64,000 nucleotides of DNA from Vicugna vicugna (Eukaryota): contig MU058540.1 in NCBI GenBank assembly GCA_013265495.1, positions 2,071,696 through 2,135,695 on the forward strand, in the 5' to 3' direction. Below the pieces are notes generated by a model. It worked only from the letters and a program-made list of their open reading frames with translations, did no database searches and was not told the origin of the DNA. How positions within the stretch are numbered: position 1 is the first letter of the stretch; every line of letters starts with the position of its first letter. Made by a program: the position numbers and the translations under genes. This document shows, in pieces, positions 1 through 13,372 of this stretch.

Positions 1-112
1 CCCTTTGAGATTTGAGATTCTTATTTAACTGGTCTGGGCTGAGACGTAGGCATCAGGGTTTTAAAAGCTCCCCAGGTAATTCTAAATTCAACCAAAGTTG
101 AGAACTACTACA
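1..112. mobile_element. MER5A-like hAT non-autonomous DNA transposon, partial
   Basis: Characteristic 'ggtctgggc...aaaagctccccaggtaattcta...aagttgagaactact' end. Confidence 0.7.
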
Positions 113-1108
113 CTAGAGGTCTGCTGGCCCAGAAGTTCCATATTGTTTTATAACCACCCTGATGATTGCCCCATAGTCTGCTTTGGCTCCCGTGCACCAG
201 CTGACTGAGCTTGGAGTTCTGCCCAAGCTCACTGAGAAGAACGGCATGTACCTCTGCAGAGGTCTTCTCTACACCTGTTGTGGGTTGGGTTTCCTGAGTC
301 TAGTTTCCATCAGTCCAATTTTATCTACTTTACATATTCCAGAAATTCTTCCTAATTTCTGATCCACTTCTGGTATTCTTCCTTTTTTCCAGCACTAATA
401 TGGATTTCTTCCTCTTTTTTTGAAATCATTCTCCACCCTTCACCTCCCACCATCTCTTATTTCAGCAGGATTTGGAGAGGGAAAGGGGGTGAGAGGGAAG
501 GGTACTCCAACGACTTCAATCCCTGCAGATCACTCTGCTGAAATGTTCACATTAGAAAATACTGCCAATTGCGTGCATTCTTTGCATTCAAATGTGGTTG
601 AAAGCACTGTGAAGCAAGAGGCAAGAGAGCCACACACAGCTGGCATTTTGATGTGCCTACTTCAAGCACTAAGTTAACAAATCAGAAGATGTGAAAGATG
701 GGAGCTGGGGGAAGAGAAACTGGTAGCTATTCACAACCTTATGTCAGACAGATTGGATTTTCTAAGAAAGCAAAGCTTAAAAGCAACAATTTAGCCACTA
801 CTGGCACTTAAACTAAAGTATGATGACTAAAGTATCAGTTATCATGATAATGTCAATTAGAGTATCTTAGAACACAGTGACTTTTTTTTTAATAGAAAAA
901 GGACAACACAATAAAAATTACAAGATGGTCATCTTAATTGACACAAAAAAAGCACACTGGAACAGAATCTAAAAATTGATTTGCAAGCATAAGGATCTTG
1001 ACAGAGAGAGTAAAAATCACAATTTCTTTAAGAAATTATAAATCCTGTCAAATTAATGTTAAGTTCTCTCTACCACATAGAAACAAATTATTGAAAGGAA
1101 GCAAAAGA

Positions 1109-1251
1109 TCACAGGGAACTATATTCAATATCTTGTAGTAACCTATAATGAAAAAGAATATGAAAATGAATATATGTATATGTATGACTGAAACATTATG
1201 CTGTACACCAGAAACTGACACAACATTGTAAACTGACCACACTACAATAAA
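1109..1251 (+). mobile_element. Short 5'-truncated L1 3' end
   Basis: L1 3'UTR text ending in AATAAA plus A tail. Perfect 15-bp TSD AAAGGAAGCAAAAGA at 1094-1108 and 1252-1266. Confidence 0.88.
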
Positions 1252-1376
1252 AAAGGAAGCAAAAGACCATAATTCAATAAAAGGCTTTTGACTCAGTCCA
1301 TAACTTTATTCTTCAAAAAACAAAAATCCTAGAGAAATATGATTTAGGGTAAAATTACTATTAAGAAGATACATAA

Positions 1377-3682
1377 CCAATACCATGCTGTCTTGATGAC
1401 TGTAGCTCTATAGTATTGCCTGAAGTCTGGAAGAGTTATTCCTCCAGCCTCTTTTTTTCTCTTCAGTAATGCTTTGGCAATTATAGGTCTTTGATGGTTC
1501 CATATAAATTTTATTATTTGTTCTAGTTCTGTGAAATATGTCCTGGGTAATTTGATAGGGATTGCATTAAATCTGTAGATTGCCTTGGGCAGTGTGACCA
1601 TTTTAACAATATTGATTCTTCCAATCCAAGAGCATGGGATATCTTTCCATTTTTTTAAGTCTTCTTTAATTTCCTTCATCAATGGTTTATAGTTTTCTGT
1701 GTATAATTCTTTCACCTCCTTGGTTAGATTTATTCCTAGGTATTTTATTACTTTGGGTGCTATTTTAAAGGGGATTGTTTCTTTACTTTCTTTTTCTGTT
1801 GATTCATCATTAGTGTAAAGAAATGCCACTGATTTTTGAATGTTAATCTTGTAACCTGCTACCTTGCTGAATTCTTCGATCAGCCCTAGTAATCTTTGTG
1901 TGGACCTTTTAGGGTCTTCTATATATAGTAACATGTCGACCAATGGAACAGAATAGAGAGCCCAGAAATGAAACCACAAACTTTTGGTCAACTAATCTTT
2001 GACAAAGGAGGCAAGAATATACAATGGAATAAAGACAGTCTCTTCAGCAAATGGTGTTGGGAAAACTGGACAGCAGCATGTAAAACAGTGAAGCTAGAAC
2101 ACTCCCTTACACCATACACAAAAATCAACTCAAGACGGATCAAAGACTTAAACATAAGACAAGATACAATAAACCTCCTAGAGGAAAATATAGGCAAAAC
2201 ATTATCTGACATTCATCCCAGAAATTTTCTCCTAGAAGAAATAAAAGCAAGAATAAACAAATGGGACCTAATGAAACTTACAAGCTTCTGCACAGCAAAG
2301 GAAACCATAAGTAAAACAAAAAGACAACCTACGGAATGGGAAAAAATTTTTGCAAATGAAACTGACAAAGGCTTGATCTCCAGAATATATAAGCAGCTCA
2401 TACAACTCGGTAAGAAAAAAAATAAACAACCCAATCCAAAAATGGGCAGAAGACCTAAACAAGCAATTCTCCAAGGAAGACATACAAATGATCAATAAGC
2501 ACGTGAAAAAATGCTCAATATCACTAATTATCAGAGAAATGCAAATCCAAACTACAATGAGGTATCACCTCACACCAGTCAGAATGGCCGTCATTCAAAA
2601 ATCCACAAATGACAAATGCTGGAGAGGCTGTGGAGAAAAAGGAACCCTCCTTCACTGCTGGTAGGAATGTAGTTTGGTGCAGCCACTGTGGAAAACAGTA
2701 AGGAGATTTCTCAAAAGAGTAGGAACAGACTTACCATATGACCCAGGAATCCTGTTCCTGGGCATATAACCAGAAGGAACTCTACTTCAGGATGACACCT
2801 GCACCCCAGTGTTCATAGCAGCATTATTTACAATAGCCAAGACATGGAGACAGCCTAAATGTCCATCAATAGATGACTGGATAAAGAAGATGTGGTATAT
2901 TTATGCAATGGAATACTACTCAGCCATAAAAACTGACAACATAACGCCATTTGCAGCAACATGGATAGGTAAATTTGGTCTTATGGAATTTTCTTTATAT
3001 TCTTCCTTTCTAGAAGAAATGTTCAGTAGAGGGTGGGAAGGGATAGACTGGGGTTTCAAAATTGTAGAATAGATAAACAAGATTACACTATATAGCACAG
3101 GGAAATATACACAAAATGTTATGATAAATCACAGAGAAAAAAATGTGACAATGAGTGTGTATATGTCCATGAATGACTGAAAAATTGTGCTGAACACTGG
3201 AATTTGACACAACACTGTAAAATGATTATGAAGCAATAAAAAATGTAAAAAAAAAACCAAACCAAAAACATGGATGCTCCTGGAGAATGTCATTCTAAGT
3301 AAGCCAGAAAGAGAAAGAAAAATACCATATGAGATTGCTCATATGTGGAATCTATAAAAACAAAACAAAACAAACAAACAAAGAAAGCATAAATACAAAA
3401 CAGAAATAGACTCACAGACATAGAATATAAACTTGTGGTTGCCAAGGGGGCAGGGGGTGGGAAGAGATAGACTGGGATTTCAAAATTGTAGAATAGATAA
3501 ACAAGATTATACTGTATAGCACAGGGAAATATATACAAGATCTTATGGTAGCTCACAGAGAAAACAGTGTGACAATGAATATATATATGTGTTCATGTAT
3601 AACTGAAAAATTGTGCTCTACACTGAAAATTTGACACAACATTGTAAAATGATTATAAATCAATAAAAAATGTTTTAAAAAA
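1377..3682 (+). mobile_element. Relatively young lineage-specific L1, 5'-truncated and 5'-inverted (1377-1937 antisense ORF2; 1938-3682 sense ORF2 C-terminus and 3'UTR)
   Basis: ORF 1344..1991(-) and ORFs 1968..2498(+), 2809..3072(+) are L1 ORF2p. TSD AAGAAGAT(A)C/TATAA at 1363-1376 and 3683-3696 (13/14). TT|AAGA endonuclease-type site. Confidence 0.93.
2967..3266 (+). mobile_element. Nested L1 3'-end insertion inside the inverted L1
   Basis: Second L1 3'UTR with AATAAA and A-rich tail, flanked by AACATGGAT at 2958-2966 and 3267-3275. The host L1 resumes afterwards. Confidence 0.8.
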
Positions 3683-3904
3683 AAGAAGATATATAAGTAA
3701 TCTGAAGACTGTTATTAAAGACAAAGACAAATTGAACACTGGTTCTAGGTCAGCCCCAGTAGAGCCAAAAGGATTTGCTGGTGAACTGGATGCAGAATGT
3801 AAGAGAAGAAGTCAAGGATTTATTTCCTTTAAATCTATTTAAAGGAAGCAAAACAAAAGATATAAACATAATACAGAAGGTTAAAAAAAAAGAAATTAAG
3901 TGTC

Positions 3905-4100
3905 TACCATGTACTAGGCACCTTTCTTCATTTAACTGTCACAACAATCTGGGGGGGTAAAAGATTATTATTACCATTTTACAGATGACAAAACTGGATG
4001 CTCAAGGTGATTAAGTGCCTTGTCTAAAGCAATAGAAAAATCAAGTAGTGATTTCAAGATTCAAAGCTCACGTCTATCACTTCCAAAGCCTATGTGTCCC
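3905..4100 (-). mobile_element. MIR SINE
   Basis: MIR core-like 'ccattttacagatgacaaaactg...ggtgattaagtgccttgtctaa'. Boundaries approximate. Confidence 0.65.
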
Positions 4101-4639
4101 CTCCCCTGACTACTCACTGTACCTTTATACAGAAGTGACAGAAACTTGGTGACTCTTGTGTATCTATAATTACGTTATAATGGATGATCACTGTGTTTAG
4201 TTCTCTTTCACTGTAGGACTGGCTTTAGTTCTAGGATTTCTACCTGGTTTTGAATCTAAGTCTAAGGGTGATACTACAAAAAAAGGCAAACTGGTAAAGA
4301 CTGAGAAGACTTCAAAGAACAAGGTGACCTTGGCTTCTGGCAGGGTCCACTTTTAAGTCCACCTTCTGCCCTCCACCCACACATAGCTAACTGGTTTCAA
4401 AGAGGGAAAGCAGGACACCTTAACCTTGATAACTGACAATACAATACATTTTTATAAAACTGATTTGTTCCAAAAAACCAAAAAGGGCTTTTGGGAGAAG
4501 AAGTAAAAATAAGCCATTTACTCTAAAATTTCCCAGAGAAGTACAATCTAACAAGATGAGAGACGAAAAAATCAGTCGTTGCCCTTTCTTATTTCAAAAC
4601 AGAAAAACTAAAATTATATAAAGGATTATTCAAATACAT

Positions 4640-6540
4640 TTAAAAAATTCCATTCATAGTATGTTGTTCTTCATGCAAAAAGGAAGAGGATATAAGAAAA
4701 AATACATGTATCTGCTCTTTTCTTAAAAAAAAAAAAAAAGAAGAAGAAACCAGAATCTAATGAGATTAGTTACCTACAGGAAGTAGGAAGGAACAGAGTA
4801 GAAATAACCAGGAAATGGGAATTAGTAGCGGTAAGGTGGGAATAACACTTCTGAGTATATCTTTTTGTATAGTTTAGAATCTATTTAGAATTTGTTTCAT
4901 AAACCCAAGAAACAAATAAAGAAATGAAACCAACCAGACTGTGGGGGGAACCCCAAAGGGAAGGCAAACACGACAAATGAATTTAACTATATTACAAATG
5001 AATAACATAACCATATTGAAGGGAATGAGGATGAAAGAACTAACCTAAGGTGGAAAACAGGGCTTTCAATGCATGCTTTAGGCTATGACAAAAGGAACTA
5101 TACACAGATACTTCCTACGTAGGAAATTTGTTTTTCACAGGGATACAGGTTAGCAATTCTGAAACTACTTTCTGTATATACTACAATGGAGCAAACAAAC
5201 AAATATATTGTGGATGATGAGAGCCAGATTTCTCGAGTTGGAGAAAGTAGAGTCAAAGAACCAGAGAGAAGGTTAAAACAAATGGGTGGTGTTGAACTGG
5301 AACTTAAAGTGTCACTATGTACTCATAATTTTTAATATACATACACAGACTAATATCAAAGTACATATATATGTATATGTATGCATCTTGAGGTACAAGT
5401 ATTTCCTAGCTCTGTTAAGAGGTTCTAGAAGCAATAACATTCCATAGCATGAGTATACCTACCACTCAGATCTTGGTTTCTAAATACCATTCTCCAGTAA
5501 AAGGAATCAGAGCTCCTTGGAGAAATGGCTGATTCTAGGCCTGGAGGAGGGAAATGACAAAAATGAGCCTAGAGCATCCTGTGGTGCCAAAAGTAAGAAA
5601 GTGCTCAAAAAACAATGTTGAAAGGACAGGGGGTTCCAATGGCCAAATCTGGGACAATCTGAGCAACAAAAAATAAATAAGAGCAGTAATGAATAATAAC
5701 CAACAGAACAGTAATATCCATGGGTCAGTACTGACATAGACAAACAGGAGAGAACAGGCAGCTCTTCCTTACAATAGAATTCCAATTAAGTGTAGAAGGA
5801 ACAGTAGAAATAGAAAAGTCACCATTAGGCAAATACCAGAGTAATTACTGTTGTATGCAAAAATCATTCATGAATGCTAAAATTAGTGTGTGAAGATTTG
5901 ATGTAAAAGAAGATATTTCCATAGTCTCCTATTATTTCTCTCCCAATGAGATAGCGAGTAATTACAAAGAGAAAAACAGTAACTTTACAGTGGAGAAACA
6001 CGGCAGACTCCACCTTAACCAAGTGACCAGAGTTAGTACCAACAGTAACGAGAAGTCAGCATCATGTACCTCCTGATAATGATGAACTGAGACGGGTACA
6101 GCATCACTTGTGTGGTATTTTTCCAAAAATGCGTTACCTCAGTCTAACCAGGGGAAAACATCAGACAAACCCAAATTGAGGGATAGTCTACAAAAAAATT
6201 GGCCAGTTATCTTCAAAAGTGTTAAAGTCATGAAAAACACAGAAGACTGATAAACTGTCATGGACTGGAGGAGGCTAAGGAGACATGACAACTAAATTAC
6301 AACGTTGAATCCTGAATTTGATTGCGTACCGGAAAAAGGACATCAGTGTGGCAACTGGTGAAATTCAAGTAAGATCTAAGAAATAGTTAATACGATTGAA
6401 TCAATGTTAATTTTTCTGTACTGTGGTTAGGTAAGATGTCAACATTAGGGGAAGCTGGGTGAAGCATATAAGGAAATTCTCTGTACTAGTTTTGCAACTT
6501 TTCTGTAAGTGAGAAATTATTTCAAAACAAAAAGTTAAAA
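4640..6540 (+). mobile_element. Old L1M (L1MC/MD/ME-type) 3' region
   Basis: Typical old-L1 3'UTR ending 'aggaaattctctgtactagttttgcaactttt...aaaacaaaaagtt'. Boundaries approximate. Confidence 0.65.
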
Positions 6541-8295
6541 AAATTACTCCCATTGAAAGTATTACCACAAGCAAAATTTGATTTAATTTATTTAGCTTGC
6601 TCCAAAGTTAACTCTATGATGGTAGTTTTGTGGTACTGCCTATGACAGGGAAAAGGTTTCTTTCAATTTAGTTGACAAAAACTGCCAGTTTTAAAATATA
6701 GGTTATAAATTGTTGAATCTGGGGAGTCACTGTATCATAGGGGAAAAAACTCTCCTTTTGAATATGTTTGAAATTTTGCAATAAAAATTTAAAAACATGT
6801 TATGGACAAGATTTTTAAGTGCTTGTTAATACACTGAAGAGAATTTTCTATCATTCCTATAACATTCATAAACATTTAGAATTCTACCATTGAGTGTTCA
6901 GGGCTAGCAGGACCTTAGAAATCAAGATGTCTACCCTGCATCACTGTATAAAAAAGAAGCTAAAGCCAGAGGGGCAGAGTTTGTTTAGAGTCAGCCAAAG
7001 CCAGAATCCTATCTCCTGACTTCTGGTCTAGGTATTCCTCCAACATTATATACCTAAGCTCTTCTTCATTTATTCTAAAACTTATCATGAATGACAACCA
7101 TCTAAACACTTCAAATACAACAGCACAGTGATACTTTTTATAACTGTTTCCAATTAAAAAAAAAAAACAAAACAAAATTTGAACTAATTTGCCAGACTTG
7201 TGAAAATGAAATATGGGTTCAGAGTAATATACCCAAACATTAAAGATGAGAAAATCAACTATTCTAGTTTACTCTTTAAAATGAACTCTTCACTCTAAAT
7301 AGGCTTTTTATAATAGTTCATGTTGCCATCCTTCTTTAGTGACTTTTTTTTAATGGAAGTATTTATGTTTTCTCACAACTCTCTTTTGAAGTACTTCAGC
7401 TCAGTAAATGACGTCTTTCAAACATTTATCCATGCAGAAAGCATTTACTGAATACTAAATGTGTGCAAGGCACTACAGGTGATGCTGGAAACAAAAAGAA
7501 GAAGATTCTGGTCCTCCAGCACTCACTCACTGGGGAAATGGGCAAGTGACAAGTAGTGTACACAAAGGCACACATGTACATACCCCTCCCTCTGGGAGGG
7601 AGGGAGGGTGATTAGTATTCTAGTCCTCAGTAGTGTCCTTACTTTCAACTTGGCAAATGAAAAATGCAATAGCTTCAGGTCACTCAATAAATGACAAAAC
7701 AGAACTTGCACAGAACATGTCTAGGTCTCCTGACATAGAACAGAATAAACACTATTATCCAGTTCTGATCTAACTAAAATGATTAACTGATTTTATCTTG
7801 ATGGCAACCAGTGGGATGAGTTTGAGAGCCCTGAAGTGCACTACAATCTACTGCTTTATGTAGTAACTCTATAACCTTGGTTGATTTATGTTAACTTCTC
7901 TGAACTCAGTTTTCTCACCTGGGGATAATTAATCATACCTCAAAAGTCTGTAAGAAATAAATGAATAAATATGTAAGGCAACTAATATAGCTGTTGGCAC
8001 ACCGAGGAGTCCTTGGACTAAGAATTCCTTGACGGATGGGGCAATCTTTTATTCATTTTTTGAGTTTGTAGAGGCTGGTACAGTACCTGGCACACACAGG
8101 GTGAATATGTATTTACTAAATGAAGTCATTATTAAATAAATGTTGAATTAAAGACTATTCTTGATATATATATATATATATTTTTTTTCAATACATTTGT
8201 TTCTATAAACAGATTTTAAAAAATGAATCTCCATTTCATCTGCATAAATGGAACCCAACTTTTAAGGACCAGTTCCCTCTCGCAGCAATACTTAC

Positions 8296-8410
8296 TTTCT
8301 ACTGTCGCTCCTTCGTTTGGGTTTGAATACCCTTCTCCTTTCCGTTTAATTCTTCGGATAATGCCTCCATCTTCAAATAAATCCTCTCCTTTGAAATCAA
8401 GGAGCTCAAT
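8296..8410 (-). CDS. FKBP5: FKBP5 exon 5 (end of FK1, linker, start of FK2): [38 protein letters not shown]
   Basis: Manual translation. Acceptor TCTCTTTCTAG| at 8411, donor GAAA|GTAAGT at 8295. 115 bp. The gene continues beyond position 1. Confidence 0.97.
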
Positions 8411-9348
8411 CTAGAAAGAGAAAAGGGATTTGGCTGATAACTGATCAAAGCCAATGTAACATACCTAAAGGCAAGAGCAACCAATTCTTTCGTTTTACAA
8501 AGTAAAACTGTTTTATATTTATCTGTGCATCTTAGTTACTGGAAAAGGAGGAAAAAAAGAACACTGCACTTTTTAATACCTGGAAAGAAACTTCACGGAA
8601 CGATAATGTCTAGGACTGCATCCTGTGGGGCTGCAGTGCAAAGACAGACAGGAAGTACTAGGAAAACTGCCTTGTGGGCAAAAAGCCAGAGTGACACAGT
8701 GCTGGCTCAAAACTGTTTTGTCTGACTCTAGAGGCCACTACTTTTCCACCCTGGATTCATGAAATCCCCTTCTTAAAATGTAAGAGCAAATCTTATGAAT
8801 CAGGCCTACAACCAACCAAAGGTACATTTTATCTTGTTACAATGTTTAGGCATTTGCCCTCTTAATTTATAAATTATTTTGGCCAAATATGTATAATTCA
8901 ACACAGGATGAATAACATATTATCACCACCTACTGCTTCTAATGAGGAAGTGAGATCTGTGACATTTATAAACCTTTGTAATACAAAAATAGCTTTACAA
9001 CTTGATTTAGATATATTTCAACATCTATCTCCCACATTTCCACCCTGTCTTCTGGTGAATTTTGAGTACGTCATAACTCACACCACTGACCAGAACCTTC
9101 ATTTCTAAGCCTGGTGTCTTTTATTTATTTGGTTATGACCGTTTTGTGCCAGAGACACGTTTCTAAGAAAGCACTGGCACACACCCCTTGGGTTTGTGGG
9201 AAACAATTCAAGAAGCCAAGCTCCAAAATAAATAAGTTGGATCTGATTCTCAATAGCAAGCTTAGCTCCTTGTTCCACTGCCTATTGCTTCAGAGCCAGC
9301 ACTATAGTGGAGCAGATGCTAACAAGGCAATATCACACACATACTTGC
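8411..9348 (-). other. FKBP5: 938-bp GC-AG intron (FKBP5 intron 4)
   Basis: Only the GC donor keeps LFFE|IELL in frame; the other donor positions (GAG|GCAAGT) match consensus. Confidence 0.9.
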
Positions 9349-9491
9349 CTCAAAAAAGAGAGTTGCATTCGAGGGAATTTTGGGGAGACTGCCAGCAGAG
9401 CCATATGCATATTCTGGTTTGCAGAGTAAATGGCACATCTCTCCTTTCTTCATGGTAGCCACACCAATGTCCCATGCCTTGATAACCTGGC
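9349..9491 (-). CDS. FKBP5: FKBP5 exon 4 (FK1 domain): (G)[47 protein letters not shown]
   Basis: Manual translation (not in the ORF track). Acceptor TTTCTCATAG| at 9492. Non-canonical donor GAG|GCAAGT at 9348. 143 bp restores phase 0. Confidence 0.97.
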
Positions 9492-10844
9492 CTATGAGAA
9501 AGGAAAAGGGGGTTGAAAGCTATAGGCCATATTTTAAAAAGATTTAACTGTCATGAAACAAAAATCAAACAAATCTCTAATTCTTTATGCTATATACTAC
9601 TCAGCTAGGCTACGAAAGAACTCAGTAAAAGCTATACACTGAGAAATAAATTGTGATTTTTTTTTTGAGGGCTGTTAGAGAAGATTCTCTGCTGAGAAGG
9701 ATGAAAGTAGTATCAATTTCTAAACTGCTCAAAGATTAAGTCTTTGAAAAGTGGTAGTAACATAATCTTTGACATGTGGCTGGGTTGCAGTTGTTGCTTA
9801 ATTTATAATTTCAACCGCAATAGTAAGTGCATGTTTTCTAGGCAGTGATGGAACAAAAATAGTATAGCAAATGGAATTTGTCCTAAGGAGGCTTATAATT
9901 TAGTTGGGTAGACAAAAACAACAAACAAGAAACAACCGGAAAAGTATAAATTGCATAAAAAGGCCTATGAAACAGATTTTCTTCCTCAAAATTCAGAGTA
10001 GAAAAAAAAGTGGTTTTGTCTTTTTAAAGAAAACAAAATGATGTGTCACAAGAACTACAAAACTCAGAATTTTTTTTTTTGGCCTTCTTCCAGGAAACTA
10101 AAAGTTAACCTTACTGCTTAACTGCAGAACTATATTAACCTATATAATTTTAATTGTATCTTACAGTAAGCAGTTCCAAATCCTTTGGGAAACAACAGAA
10201 AATGTACATAATTTCAAGGGATAATATACAAATTTGAGGTGCTGTGTCGATCAAAAACTTAAGTATTCAAAGTGAGATCAGGTAAACAATGAACTCCAGA
10301 GAAAGTGACTTTTGAAGAGAGCTGTTACTATGAACTGATAGGTAGGATTAAAGTCAGGGTAATTAGGATAAGGGGGACCCTATACTAAGGTATGTAAGCA
10401 GGGATGAACAAAGCATTTGTGACTCATGACTTCAACTTAGTCTTCATTAATTGTTACATTTCAAAATATCAGATATACTTACTTAGTTAAAAGTATATCT
10501 ACATGACTATTATTAAAACACACAAGAGAGAGAAAGATATAACTGAAAGGTAAAGGGTCATCCATTCCCTCCTTGTAAGAAGCCACTGTTATGTTTCTTT
10601 TGTATCCTTTCAGTGTGTGCTGTTGCTTTTAAAGGAATTTAAGACACAAATGACAGCATCCTATACATTCAGTTCTGAACTGTTTTTTCATTATATATAT
10701 GTATTTCATTTTATATATAATGTCATACTAAAGATATATAATGCTATAGATAAATTTTTTCATTGTATATATACATACACACACACACACACATATATAA
10801 ATATCTTTCTCTATCAGTAGAAAGGAGGACATCCATTTTGGGGG

Positions 10845-11055
10845 TTAGAAGTGCAGCCTGCTTTAACTTCAGACCGCCCAGATTAGGTACCAGGTCTGCC
10901 CCTTATTAGTTGTGTGAACCTGTGCAAGTTTCCTCATCTGCAAAATGTAGATAATCATAGTTTCTGCCATATAGTTGTTATAAGAATTATTAGATAAAAT
11001 ATGTCAAACACCTGGCACAGTGCCTGGCATATAACATGTATTTAATAAAGGACAA
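10845..11055 (+). mobile_element. MIR SINE
   Basis: 'gtttcctcatctgcaaaatg...cctggcacagtgcctggcat' MIR core and tail. Confidence 0.7.
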
Positions 11056-13192
11056 TCATCATCATCATCGTAAATACATACTGATCTACCTCATCTGCAA
11101 TAGCTTCATAATATTCTAGTCACTCCCATACTGAAAAATATATTGCCAACAGTTCTCCAATAAGGCTCTTTGTCCATGTATGTTTGCCTGTTTTGTGCAA
11201 GTATATTTGGAGAGTAAATTCCTAGAAGTGCAAAGGTGATGTGCATTTTCAATCTGACAGATATTGCCCAACTGCCCTTCCCAAAGGGCTACATCAATTT
11301 ATATGCCCACACATGGTTCTAATGTGAAAACAGTCTACAGTCCTCAGAAGAAATGTAAGGCCTGCTGCTGACAGGCTGCTTTACCGTCACTGATGCTCTT
11401 CAAAGGCTGCTGTGGTTTTAGTGTGGGCCATTGACAGCTTCTTTTTTTTTTTTTTTTTAACTCTCAACTCTGATAGTTTAAGACAAACACCTTAAATATT
11501 CTTTCAGGAAATCTCTATATTGTGGGGGAACTACTGTACATTTATTAAAGACATTTAGCCAACTACCAAGGAGCAAAGGTCTCTCTAGGGACTAAGAATA
11601 CGAAGGTGGCTGTTCCCTTCTTCCTTCCAAGAAACATGCAATGTAGTATGGCCAGTGGAACAGAAAGATATATGCACTGTTTTTTTTTTCAAGTGTGGTG
11701 AACACTAAAATAGAAACATGGGGCTTTTGCCTGGGGGTGGAGGTTGGTGCAATCAGCAAAAACTTAATTCACAGATGGTATCTATGCTAGGCCGTGGAAG
11801 TTGGAAATATCAGCCTGTCAAATCCCCAGGAGCCCCTCACTAAATAAATCATGCATTTGCTTTTCTTCTCATTCAGGAACATTACAGCTTCTCTAACATG
11901 GAGCTTCAGACATAGAGTGAAACACACTGAGCAAAGAGCCACACTGATATGAACACAGGTATGTTTCTAAAACTGCCCATCTTGGGCTTCTTTTCTTAAA
12001 AAGCATTTCCCCCTCATTAAAAAAAAAATACATGCTCAATATAGAAAGTATATAAAAGCACAGAGAATACAATAAAAAAGAACTTCTGAAACTTTGGCAT
12101 CTGGGGTAAACTGTCCATTTTTTGGTTCATTTCCTTACAATTGTGTATGTACACTTTGCATATTAAATTTTGATATATACATTATTAAAATTCTAGCCAT
12201 AGTTTATTGGGTTTTGTAGCCTAGCTCTATATTGTAGCACATTATATGAACATTTTTCTTGTTAAAAGATGATAGCTGAAAACATGACTTTTAGTAACTC
12301 TATGCTATTCTATCTTTTGAATATACTATAATTTCATTACTCTTGTTAATAAACATTTAGATTGTTTCTATTTTTTTTACTATTATAAAGTTAAAATGAA
12401 CTACTTTATACCTAAATCTTTACATGATTTTTTTTTGCATAATAAAAGCATCTTACCTGACACAATCAGGACTGTGGTTGTAGGTTAATTTAAAATGTTG
12501 CTTTAAGTGAGGAATCATAAAGAAGAATTTATACATGACCTCAAACTTTTTTTTTAACTTCAAATATATCAAAGCTATTAATTCACTAACTTTGTGTTAG
12601 AAGGCCAAGGCCTTGTCTCTGAGTGTGGCTCCAGTGATAAGAGTTCCATGTCCTTTGAGCTTATTAAGTATATATTACCGGGATTCTTCTGTACAATGGG
12701 TGTAATTTTCCCTAAATTACAGGTATGTGACTACTAGAGAAGTTGCCTGCATACCAATTCAAATCATTCTATATAAAAATGCTGTTAAAAAACAACAACA
12801 AAAAATAATTCCATGTCATCTTTACTATATAAATCACACATACGGTATATCATTTGCCATTTACAAGTAGATTTCTTTAAAGAGGAGTAGGAACCAGAAG
12901 ATACTTGTAAAGCCATCAGCAAGCGAATACTTCTAGTAAAAATGTATTCTAATGGCCTACTTATTTTGCCTTTTACCCACGCCTAATTCAATAGCCATTT
13001 ATAAAATGCTTTTAGCAATTAATCTTAATAAGTCTTTCCAAAGATGTTTAACTTAGTTTCCAAATAATTCTCCTTTCTTACTACAGTAATTTCAGTGTTT
13101 TATATACTATTTAATTAAATGATATAATGACAAGAAGTTATAATCACAATTATACAATTAAAATGGATATAAGGAGGTTTAGACTGATTTTT

Positions 13193-13348
13193 TTAAAATA
13201 CATTTTCTTTTCTTTCCTTTTTTTTTTTTTTTTTGGTGGGGAGTAGATAATTAGGTTTATTTATTTTTAGAGGAGGTACTGGGGATTGAACCCAGGACCT
13301 CGTGCATGCTAAACATGCACTCCACTGCTTGAGCTATACCCTCCCCCC
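13193..13348 (-). mobile_element. tRNA-Ala-derived SINE (camelid vic-1-like)
   Basis: Minus strand reads GGGGAGGGTATAGCTCAAGCAGTGGAGTGCATGTTTAGCATGCACGAGGTCCTGGGTTCAATCCCCAG (A/B boxes), then an A-rich tail. Imperfect TSD TTAG(A/C)CTGATT at 13179 and 13349. Confidence 0.85.
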
Positions 13349-13372
13349 TTAGCCTGATTCTTAGCACTAGTC

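Noticed and set aside
1344..2498. Long ORFs (215 and 176 aa) as host genes or an active L1
   Set aside because: They are fragments of L1 ORF2p in a truncated, inverted, frameshifted copy.
9114..9458. 114-aa plus-strand ORF
   Set aside because: It is the antisense shadow of FKBP5 exon 4 and resembles no recognisable protein.
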